Below are positions 23,650 to 31,563 of a stretch of 32,000 bases of DNA, piece by piece (within the stretch, counting starts at the first letter, position 1; every line of letters begins with the position of its first letter). The position numbers and the translations under genes are program-made. Source of the DNA: a bacterium (GTDB lineage: Bacteria > UBP7 > UBA6624 > JBBIMK01); NCBI GenBank assembly GCA_037444445.1, contig JBBIMK010000011.1:29083-61082 (forward strand), given 5' to 3'. The notes under the pieces are model-generated. The model had not been told where the DNA came from. It ran no database searches and saw only the letters and a list, made by a program, of their open reading frames with translations.

Positions 23650-26600
23650 TTACCGGGTGGGAGCAGGCATCCTGAAAACAAGAATTGCCGCAAGAAGGAG
23701 CGTTAGAGAAAGAAAAATAAAGATGGTTGTGATAAACCCGGGCTTCTTCCAGATAGGCTCTTTAGCGTAGGCTTTATTTTCTGCCCATTTCAGAAGAGGA
23801 ACTGGACCTGCTCCCACATCTTTTTCCTGATATTCCACCGCCCAATCATACCGGGGTGCCCGAGCGTCCGCATTTCCTGCATATACCCTCAAGGGTGGGG
23901 TATAACGCTCGGGATAATATACCCTCCGCTCCCATTGCTTCCACTGTATTTTCAGGAAATTCAATGGCTCGTTATCACCATGCTCAATCACGAATCGCAA
24001 ACTCCGGGGAGACCGGAAGTCGGAAAGACGGATGGATAGGGGATTATCAGGATGCCCTTGATAGCGAAACAGTCGGCCGGTGAGAGCTTCCCGCCATTTG
24101 CCCTTGCCTGCCTCCTCATCCGGAATTTCCAGTCTGTATTCTCTAAAAAAATTTCTCTCCTCAATGTGCAATTCCAGGACTTCAACAGGTATATCGGGAT
24201 AGGGCCATTCTACCTCAATGATGGTTTGCGCCGGATTCTTCTGGTGTGTAATAGACTGACGGGTTGGAAGGATTTCACGATAAATTTCGGGTTTCTTCTG
24301 TATGTGCGCCGCAGTAAAAGAGTCAAAACGGATGGTTTTCGTTCCTCCCAGGTAAGTTTCCACTTCTATCTCTGCTTTGAAGAATTTGTAGGTGACCCCC
24401 GGGAAAGACAATTGAAGATGCTCCTGGGCCGGGGTTTGGAGTTTATACACCTCCCCCTCTGCTACTTGCTTCCACCTCTTTGCGTCTTCACTGGCAAACA
24501 CCTTTGCTCTCCCTTTAAAATATCCACTCACCTTCAGGTTCACCGAAGTGACGCCCCGGGTGATGGGAGATATGGCCTCGGCAGACACTTCAAATTTCTT
24601 CCTGTCTGGCGAGGAAAGTATGTTGAAATAACTTAATGAATAAGGAGTTTCCACAGATTTGCCCTGCATCACACGGAATACATAAGGTATCTCTTTTCCT
24701 TTCGCATCTATAAGCCGGAGGTCGGATGCATCGGAGTTTGTATACTGAAAGGTGGATTCGTCCACGATGAAGTAGTAGACAGGCCCTGCCAATGGCGGGG
24801 CTCCTGCCTCGCGCACCATTTTCCAGGACTTCGGGTCAAAGTCTGCGAAAGAGTATGTGGAGAAGAGAAAGAAGAAGAGGAGGGTGAAGAGAGAGGCTTT
24901 ACCCATTCTTCCTCTCCTGTATAAATACGATACCACGAGCAAGATGACTCCCAGCGCAAAGGCGCTCAGGAACCTCACCTCCGGGGGCAAAAAGAAGAGG
25001 TCATACAGAAAGACTTTAAAGAAAGTTACCCCAGCCAGGACGAAACCAAACGCCCGAAGCACAGGGCTAACGAATCGGAATCCCAGCCCGATAACAACAG
25101 CGGATTCCAGTAGCCAGAAAAGGGTTTGAATCAAGCGAGCCGACTGAGAAACATCCAGATAAGAAGCCACATACCAGGCTTCTCGGAACAGAAATAAAGG
25201 GGTGGAAATCAAGCCAAGAATGCCCCAGATGAAAGAAAGTTTCTTTTCCTCTTCCTTGAGTTGCTCCTGAAATCTCTTCCAGAAGAAGCCCGCATAGAAA
25301 AGCACTCCCATAAGGGTATAGGCGGGGATAGTGTTTTTATGGAGAAAAGGAATGGGGGAGGGCGATATTTCCATTCCGGAATACACAAACCACTCGGGGA
25401 GATAAAGCAGAAACAACACCATCAGGGCGATACCCCCCAGAACTCGGAAGGAAGCATCGGAAAGCACGGCGCTGAGGTAAATGAGGAAAGCGGCCTCCAG
25501 GCACATCGCCGGGAAAAGATAATCATAATTCTGCGTGAAGTTCAAAAGGGCAATGTCCAGCATAATCAGGCTGGAAAAGGTGGACACAAATCGCAGAGAG
25601 GCATCGTATGCCCTCTTCCCGGAGAAAAATAGACCGAGCAGGGCGAAAAATGTCCCCACCAACAGCGAAAACACGGCATATCCCCCTTGCAACTCTACCT
25701 GGGAAACCCTGCCATATAATTTCTTGACCACCTCCCCTACCCATTCCCCGGATAGGTAGAAAAAGACTATAGAATTAGCAAAAAAAACTAATGCATCTAC
25801 TAACCGGATGGGAAATTTCCCATACATTCTTTTGGTGATGATGGAAAGGGTGAAGAGAGCAAAGGCGAGGGTAAATACAACCTCACTGGCACCCGGTGAG
25901 ATTCTGATAGACCATTGCGTGAAAAGAATATAGATGGGGTAGGTCACAAAGAAGACCAGGGAGAAATTGAGCAACCACCCACGAAAGGAATTGAAGAGTG
26001 CCGCTAATAGAAGCAAGACGAAAAAGTATAAAGAAAATTCTATGAACCTGCCTTTTTCAAAAGATAGGATGGTCAATGTGCCGGCAATCAAAGTGAGTGT
26101 CCCGAGAAATGACGAATTGTGGCGGAGCGCGAAAGCAAATCCAGTCAGGGTGATGGAAAAAAGGAACAGGGTGTATACCTCGGAAGGGATTTGCTGATAC
26201 AGGAAATAAGAAGCGAAGACGGAGATGAATAACACCGCAATTCCCGCACCTGAGAGGGCATCCGACTCCCGCCACCGATGTTTGTTGAACAGCCATTCCC
26301 CTCCTGCCAGCATTGCGATTCCAGCCCCAATTCCCATCAGCACCCTCTCCGCAGGCCCAATCCATCCCTTCTGGAAGGCATACAGGAGGAAAAGCAGGGC
26401 GGAAACCACCAGAGCAAACCCGCCCAATCGGCTGAACCATACCCTTCCCACCAGGGTTTCCCATTCCAGGGTTATCGGTAGTTTTTCCCTCTTTACCGCT
26501 AATGGTGTGGGTATTTTCGGCTGGACAACCTGGGGCTGTTCTGACGGCTCTAAAACTCCCACCTTCCTCTCCAACCGCTCCAGCCGCGCCTCTACTTCAC

Positions 26601-26832
26601 GAATTTTCTGAAAGACATCCGCTTTCTCACCTAAAAACCCTTTCAACGCCCAGACTAATGCCACCACCCATCCAATCACCGTCCAGCCCAAAAGCAGGTT
26701 CACCAGGGTGATTGTCCCGGCATCTTTTAACCTCCTGTAGTAAGCGATGAAAGAAGGCAGAGCATAAACGGCAATATAAAATAAAATCTGTAAAATCCCC
26801 TGGGCTCCCCATAAAATCCAGAAAGGTTCCAT
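23650..26832 (-). CDS. 1060-aa membrane protein: Imm-superinfection-like N-terminus + DUF2339-like polytopic region + DUF3999-like C-terminal region
   Basis: N-terminus YALPSFIAYYRRLKDAGTITLVNLLLGWTVIGWVVALVWAL, then coiled coil REVEARLERLERKV, then ~20 hydrophobic helices. An internal signal-peptide-like MGKASLFTLLFFFLFSTYSFA (Met codon 24906-24904, preceded by GGAGAGG) leads into a ~400-aa soluble region ending in a TM helix. Confidence 0.8.
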   Translation of the reverse strand: MEPFWILWGAQGILQILFYIAVYALPSFIAYYRRLKDAGTITLVNLLLGWTVIGWVVALVWALKGFLGEKADVFQKIREVEARLERLERKVGVLEPSEQPQVVQPKIPTPLAVKREKLPITLEWETLVGRVWFSRLGGFALVVSALLFLLYAFQKGWIGPAERVLMGIGAGIAMLAGGEWLFNKHRWRESDALSGAGIAVLFISVFASYFLYQQIPSEVYTLFLFSITLTGFAFALRHNSSFLGTLTLIAGTLTILSFEKGRFIEFSLYFFVLLLLAALFNSFRGWLLNFSLVFFVTYPIYILFTQWSIRISPGASEVVFTLAFALFTLSIITKRMYGKFPIRLVDALVFFANSIVFFYLSGEWVGEVVKKLYGRVSQVELQGGYAVFSLLVGTFFALLGLFFSGKRAYDASLRFVSTFSSLIMLDIALLNFTQNYDYLFPAMCLEAAFLIYLSAVLSDASFRVLGGIALMVLFLLYLPEWFVYSGMEISPSPIPFLHKNTIPAYTLMGVLFYAGFFWKRFQEQLKEEEKKLSFIWGILGLISTPLFLFREAWYVASYLDVSQSARLIQTLFWLLESAVVIGLGFRFVSPVLRAFGFVLAGVTFFKVFLYDLFFLPPEVRFLSAFALGVILLVVSYLYRRGRMGKASLFTLLFFFLFSTYSFADFDPKSWKMVREAGAPPLAGPVYYFIVDESTFQYTNSDASDLRLIDAKGKEIPYVFRVMQGKSVETPYSLSYFNILSSPDRKKFEVSAEAISPITRGVTSVNLKVSGYFKGRAKVFASEDAKRWKQVAEGEVYKLQTPAQEHLQLSFPGVTYKFFKAEIEVETYLGGTKTIRFDSFTAAHIQKKPEIYREILPTRQSITHQKNPAQTIIEVEWPYPDIPVEVLELHIEERNFFREYRLEIPDEEAGKGKWREALTGRLFRYQGHPDNPLSIRLSDFRSPRSLRFVIEHGDNEPLNFLKIQWKQWERRVYYPERYTPPLRVYAGNADARAPRYDWAVEYQEKDVGAGPVPLLKWAENKAYAKEPIWKKPGFITTIFIFLSLTLLLAAILVFRMPAPTR

Positions 26833-26982
26833 CTGTTTAAACTACTCCACCCTATATTATAGGGGCACTGCGAGAAGAGTCAATCAATGAAGGATATTTT
26901 TGAAAAGTCCGAGCCTGACTTGCAGTTTAGTTCATCATACCTCTTTTGTTGTTCAATTGCCTGTTCAGTGCAGGGTGGAATA

Positions 26983-27414
26983 TCACCGGAGGGGTTTCAG
27001 GGCTTTTAATGCTCGGACCACCCTGTTGGCATCCTCTGAAGAGAGGAAGCGAAAGAGCATAACGAAGCGGTTGCCCGCCACGAGGGCGTTCGTGGCATAG
27101 ATATTCACACCTTTCCCGGCGATGGTCCGGGTGATGTAACTCCCCACACCGGGCTTATTTACGCCTTCCAACCGCACAGCGGTGACTTCATCGGGTGAGA
27201 AGCCGAGGGCTTTCGCCGCCTCCGTTTGCCTCTTTCCCTTCACCGGCGCCAGCAGAACCTGTGCCCAACCCGATTTCTTCGGATGAGGATAAGCCAGCAG
27301 AACCGTCAGGTCCGCTCCTGCCTTCGCCATCGGCTCCAGCACCTTTGATAAAGCGCCCGGCTGGTCCTCCACTTCCCCACGCCACACCTCCATCTTCTCT
27401 ACCTGATAAGCCAT
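26983..27414 (-). CDS. ACT-domain protein (two ACT-like repeats)
   Basis: 143 aa. GGAGGTG RBS 7 nt upstream. VEDQPGALSKVLEPMAKAGADL and NKPGVGSYITRTIAGKGVNI are typical ACT beta-alpha starts. Confidence 0.7.
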   Translation of the reverse strand: MAYQVEKMEVWRGEVEDQPGALSKVLEPMAKAGADLTVLLAYPHPKKSGWAQVLLAPVKGKRQTEAAKALGFSPDEVTAVRLEGVNKPGVGSYITRTIAGKGVNIYATNALVAGNRFVMLFRFLSSEDANRVVRALKALKPLR

Positions 27415-27669
27415 CCTGACTCACCTCCTGAATTCCATTTGCCTTCTTTGTTTCACATTCTATCACCACGGCAACAAAACTCCCTCTGTGAAAGGCTCTT
27501 CCTGAAAATAAACCGAAAACGATTAGCGTCATCAAGAAACAACTCAACCTCTTCACGAATGAACACTCTCCTTTTATAGTTCTACTCTAATTATAAAACT
27601 TTTAGAAATGACGGCTCACGGGGTAAGTTTGCCACCTAATTGGAGTTTCTATGATAAAATAAATATGCA

Positions 27670-28038
27670 ATGGGAGGAGCGAAAGACTTGAAATTACCGA
27701 AGAACAATGCCGAAGGAGAACTATCCTGGGCGGAGGATAACAGCCTGAAGATTCTCTGGAACGATGGGCATGAGAGCCAGTATTCCATCGCGTATCTACG
27801 GAGGATTTGCCCCTGCGCCTTTTGCCAGGGTCAGCCGAAAAATGATGAAGGACTTCTGCGGATGCTTCCCTTGCTGAACCCGGGGCTTTTGGAGGTTCAC
27901 GGTGTGGGAAATTATGCCATCTCTTTCACCTTCACAGATGGACATTCTTACGGGATTTATCCCTATCGGTATCTGAAAGAGATGTGCCCTTGCGTGACTT
28001 GCAGGGGAAAGCGAAAGGGAATATCCCTCGGCGAATAA
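27670..28038 (+). CDS. DUF971 (gamma-butyrobetaine hydroxylase N-terminal-like) protein
   Basis: LKILWNDGHESQYSIAYLRRICPCAFC and VGNYAISFTFTDGHSYGIYPYRYLKEMCPC. The extended -10 TGATAAAAT at 27652-27660 makes the ATG at 27670 nearly leaderless. The alternative TTG at 27688 follows GGGAGGAG. Confidence 0.75.
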   Translation: MGGAKDLKLPKNNAEGELSWAEDNSLKILWNDGHESQYSIAYLRRICPCAFCQGQPKNDEGLLRMLPLLNPGLLEVHGVGNYAISFTFTDGHSYGIYPYRYLKEMCPCVTCRGKRKGISLGE

Positions 28039-28172
28039 TCCACTACCGAAGGTCCGTGTCAGGTATTGAGTGGTTTTAACTCATCTGTCAATGATATTAG
28101 CGTTTTAACAGGCGAAGTCACGAGTGCACTTCGCCGGGTCTTATACCGCAATAAGGATTATAATGAAGAAGG

Positions 28173-28601
28173 GTGGAAGAAAGAAGGGTGGAACACAGCC
28201 TGCGGAATACTGAACCCGGAAAGGAGTGGGGAAGCAAGTATGTGGGAGAACCGGTGATTCGGTGCCCACGATGCAATTATACCGGACCCGGGAAGCGTCC
28301 ACCGTTTGAGGTTGTAGACCTTCTATCTTTCATCCCTCATGTGGGAGAACTGCTGAAATGGCTCCTCCGGGTGGGGAAGAAAAAATCTGTTCTCCTCTGC
28401 CCTCAATGCGAGTATGAGAATCCACCCATCCTTCCACCGGCGGAAGCCCGAAAAATCCTCGGTGAATATAATTTTCAAATGCTTTTAGAAAGCCAGCAAA
28501 AGAAATCCCCATTCAACCTCCCGGTGACTCCCGCTGTCCTCATTCTCATCTTCCTCGTTTTCGCCTATATCCTCTGGCGCTTCGTATTCAGGGCTATATA
28601 A
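28173..28601 (+). CDS. small zinc-ribbon protein with C-terminal TM helix
   Basis: CPRC...CPQC pairs. C-terminal VTPAVLILIFLVFAYILWRFVF. The start is uncertain (GTG at 28173, several in-frame GTGs downstream). Confidence 0.45.
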   Translation: MEERRVEHSLRNTEPGKEWGSKYVGEPVIRCPRCNYTGPGKRPPFEVVDLLSFIPHVGELLKWLLRVGKKKSVLLCPQCEYENPPILPPAEARKILGEYNFQMLLESQQKKSPFNLPVTPAVLILIFLVFAYILWRFVFRAI

Positions 28602-28771
28602 AGCCCTTCCTCTGAGCGAGTGTCAGATTCCATCCCCCCGTAAAGCACCACAACTTGAACGGGAATCGGGTATTCAGCATCTCCTCTCCTGCATTCTGTA
28701 ATGTGGATTACAGACAGGGTGGGAGAAAGCCCTCAATAATTGTAATAGAATAGGATATGGAGGTGAGAGGT

Positions 28772-29530
28772 GTGAAAAGCACCTGCAAAAATTTTGTCGG
28801 TTTACTGGTGATGACTGCCCTTCTCCTCGCTGGCTACGGTGCGAAAAAGCCAGCAGGGGGTGGAAAGATGGAGATGAAGGCACCCGCCGGAGAATCCGTG
28901 GTGCTTACAGGCTGGCTCACAGGAGTGGATTGCTTCCTCCACGGTATGACCTGCGACCCGGACCATGCGTGGAAACACGGGGAGACGGTTGGATTCGGCG
29001 ATAACGCCGGAAATTTCTACTACCTCACCAATGTTCCCCGGGACATCCTGGTGGCATTCTTCACTAAAGAAGTCGCCGTAAAAGGCACCCTCTACAAAGC
29101 TGTGGTCGCCCTGGAAGCGGATGGGCTTCAGGTGAGAAAGGAGAAATCCTGGGAACCGGTATTCGGAGAATCCTTTGAGGTAAAGACCACAGGTTCCAGT
29201 GGTAGTTTTTCCCCTCCGAAGAAAGCAGGCTCGGAAGTGAAAGGGTTCACCGGCGCCATTGCTGGAATTGACTGCTTCAATCACGGAATGGCTTGCGACC
29301 CCGACCACATCTGGAAGGAGAATGAATACGCCGGTCTCCTCACCAGTGATGGGAAGTTCATCCATCTCGTGGACTTACCCCCCAACTTCATTCCCGCCTT
29401 CTTCACGAAGGAACTCTACATCCACGGGCTCTATTACGACCAGTTTAAGACCCTTGTGGTCCATCATGTGGAGCAGAAGGGAAAGACGATATTTACGAAC
29501 CCGTCCGCTCTAAGTGGGATGAAGATGTAA
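28772..29530 (+). CDS. secreted protein with two tandem copies of a CxxHGMxCDPDH domain
   Basis: The GTG at 28772 follows GGAGGTGAG (the track ATG at 28757 overlaps the RBS). Signal-like FVGLLVMTALLLAGYGA. Repeat 1 is GWLTGVDCFLHGMTCDPDHAWKHGE...NFYYLTNVPRDILVAFFTKEVAVKGTLY. Repeat 2 is GAIAGIDCFNHGMACDPDHIWKENE...KFIHLVDLPPNFIPAFFTKELYIHGLYY. Confidence 0.7.
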   Translation: MKSTCKNFVGLLVMTALLLAGYGAKKPAGGGKMEMKAPAGESVVLTGWLTGVDCFLHGMTCDPDHAWKHGETVGFGDNAGNFYYLTNVPRDILVAFFTKEVAVKGTLYKAVVALEADGLQVRKEKSWEPVFGESFEVKTTGSSGSFSPPKKAGSEVKGFTGAIAGIDCFNHGMACDPDHIWKENEYAGLLTSDGKFIHLVDLPPNFIPAFFTKELYIHGLYYDQFKTLVVHHVEQKGKTIFTNPSALSGMKM

Positions 29531-29554
29531 CCGGAGTGGCAGGTGCCCCGAGCC

Positions 29555-30382
29555 TTATCGCTCGTGGCCCTCCCGAGTTTCCTGATACAGTTTTTCAAAA
29601 GCCCCTTCCGCAGAAGTTCCAGTCCAGATTTCCAACGAGCGGGCTCCCTGGTGGAAGAGCATACACAACCCATTCTCCACCGGGGAGCCCCTCTTTTTTG
29701 CCTCTTCCATCAGCCGGGTGATGGACGGGTAATAATTCAGGTCATACACCAGATGCTCCGGAGTAAGGGCCTGGATGGGAACAGGAGGCATTTCGTGGAC
29801 ATGGGGATAGGCGCCCAGAGGTGTCGCATTCACGAGAATAGCCGGCTGACGAAGAAGAGTGGCCAGTTCGGAATAGGGATAAACTGAACACTTCTGATTT
29901 AGCACAACGAGCGCATCTTTGGAACTTCTGGAGATGAAAACCGGCGAGATGTGGCGCCGGAGAAGAGCAACCGCTACCGCCCTGGCGCCCCCTCCAGTCC
30001 CGAGGATTATCCCTCGCTCCGGTAGCGAAAGCCCTTCCCTCCCCTGCCATTCTTCTAACCCCCTTTCAAAGCCATACACATCCGTGTTGTATCCGGTCAT
30101 GCCAGAGGGTTGAATGACCACCGTGTTCACGGCGCCCACAGAAGATGCCTCGGGTTCAATCTCAGTCAGAAAGGGCTGAATCCTCTCCTTAAAAGGGTGC
30201 GTAACCTGAAACCCGTGAATCTTCAAAGCCAGCAGGGCTTTGATTCCCTCCTTCAGCCGTTCAGGCTTGATGGGAAAAGTGTGATAGGAAATATCCAGAT
30301 TCTCCCGTCGGGCTACCTCCATCATCATCCATCGGGAAAGCGAGCCCCGAAGAGGATACCCGATGAGCCCAAAGATTTTCAT
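29555..30382 (-). CDS. aroE: shikimate dehydrogenase
   Basis: IFGLIGYPL..SLS, GFQVTHPFK, GAVNTVV, GYNTDVYGF, ILGTGGGARAV Rossmann motif. Confidence 0.85.
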   Translation of the reverse strand: MKIFGLIGYPLRGSLSRWMMMEVARRENLDISYHTFPIKPERLKEGIKALLALKIHGFQVTHPFKERIQPFLTEIEPEASSVGAVNTVVIQPSGMTGYNTDVYGFERGLEEWQGREGLSLPERGIILGTGGGARAVAVALLRRHISPVFISRSSKDALVVLNQKCSVYPYSELATLLRQPAILVNATPLGAYPHVHEMPPVPIQALTPEHLVYDLNYYPSITRLMEEAKKRGSPVENGLCMLFHQGARSLEIWTGTSAEGAFEKLYQETREGHER

Positions 30383-30546
30383 CCCGCTACCTCCCTCGCC
30401 AATGAGTTACTTTACCACAAAAAATGCCGGCGCAGTGCCTGTCCTCACCCGTCTGGAAAATGGGCAATGAAGGGTGGTCAACAAATCCTGCATTTTGTTA
30501 CCTCAAAGAGGGCAATGGGGGCTGAAATTCCCCCATTTTTTATTAC

Positions 30547-30585
30547 TTGACAGAAGTAACAATTTAGCAATAATGTTATGGATGG
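30547..30585 (+). promoter_or_regulatory. sigma70-like promoter resembling the island repeat (copy C, partial)
   Basis: TTGACA (30547-30552), 16 nt, AATAAT (30569-30574). The segment TTTAGC-AATAAT-GT-TATGGATGG parallels copy A's TTTAGTAT-AATAAT-AG-TATGGATGG. The ATGs at 30578 and 30582 are within a few nt of the predicted +1. Confidence 0.45.
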
Positions 30586-30912
30586 CAATGGGTGAGCGGG
30601 AGGAAACCAGATATATTCATTCTGGAGAACGAGAACCAGATTCAAGAACCTCTACCTTCTGTGAACGAGATAAAATCTTCACTACGGTAAATGAGTGATA
30701 TGATTATGACCCTTTAGAAATTATGGTGCCCCGGAGGTTTTAGACGAGGAAGAGCGAGAAAAATTCCAGAGGAAAGACTTAAAAAGCTGGAGGAAGAGGT
30801 AAAAAAGGAGTTTCCGCGGGATTATGCACTTCAGCCAGTCCATAAAGGCAAGAGAAAATTATGACAAATTTATTCGGAACGCTACAAAAAAGGGTTTGAA
30901 GATGAGGGTGAA

Positions 30913-31563
30913 ATGAGAAGAAAGGCAACGATATATCTGGATACATCGGTTCCGGGCGCCTTTTTTGACCCACCAGATAGTCCGGTTTATAAAGCGACTG
31001 CTACTTTCTGGGATAATGTGCTTCCTGATTACGATGCTTATATTTCAGAACTTGTTGAAATTGAAATAGCGGATTTAAAAAATATCAGCAGGAGAAAAAA
31101 ACTGGAAAGTCTTATCCGAAAATTTAAAGTATTAGAGGTTTCTCAAGAGGCGGTAGAGGTCTCTCAAGAATATCTGAAATTATTACGGATACCTGAAAGA
31201 GATGCGCTCCATGTTGCTATTGCCAGTGTGGAAGGAATGGATTATCTTGTTACATGGAATTTGCGGCATCTTGCCCGGGAGCGAACACGAAGGGCGGCGG
31301 ATTATATTAACCTGACCCTGCTCTTGAAAACAATTGTTATTTATACTCCATTAGATTTTATTGACGAGGTTAATATGGAAAAAAAGGAAGCAACCCGATG
31401 GGAATTGGGTTGTTTTGACATATTTGAAAGCCCCTTCTTAAACGAGTTACACAAAATACGAAGGGAACAGTCAGAAAAGCCAGAAGGATTATCTCCCGGG
31501 GAACTTGCTGAACATATAAAGTATCAAGTAAGAAAGCTAAGAAAAGGAAATCCATGTAAATAA
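30913..31563 (+). CDS. PIN-domain (VapC-like) protein with ~65-aa C-terminal extension
   Basis: IYLDTSV (first acidic residue), ISELVEIEI, ERDALHVAIASVEGMDYLVTWNLRHL (distal acidic residue). After ~aa 150 an in-frame segment begins at GAGG-N6-ATG (31376): MEKKEATRW...LNELHKIRREQSEKPEGLSPGELAEHIK. Confidence 0.7.
   Translation: MRRKATIYLDTSVPGAFFDPPDSPVYKATATFWDNVLPDYDAYISELVEIEIADLKNISRRKKLESLIRKFKVLEVSQEAVEVSQEYLKLLRIPERDALHVAIASVEGMDYLVTWNLRHLARERTRRAADYINLTLLLKTIVIYTPLDFIDEVNMEKKEATRWELGCFDIFESPFLNELHKIRREQSEKPEGLSPGELAEHIKYQVRKLRKGNPCK

Noticed and set aside
27415-27556. Signal-peptide-like start MKRLSCFLMTLIVFGLFSG of ORF 27188..27556 (-)
   Set aside because: After ~45 codons the frame runs through the ACT-domain gene out of frame. 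It has no RBS, so it is probably a chance hydrophobic stretch in an AT-rich promoter region.
28802-29365. 187-aa minus-strand ORF opposite the duplicated-domain gene
   Set aside because: The plus-strand frame has an RBS, a signal peptide and an internal duplication conserved at the protein level. The minus-strand frame has none of these.
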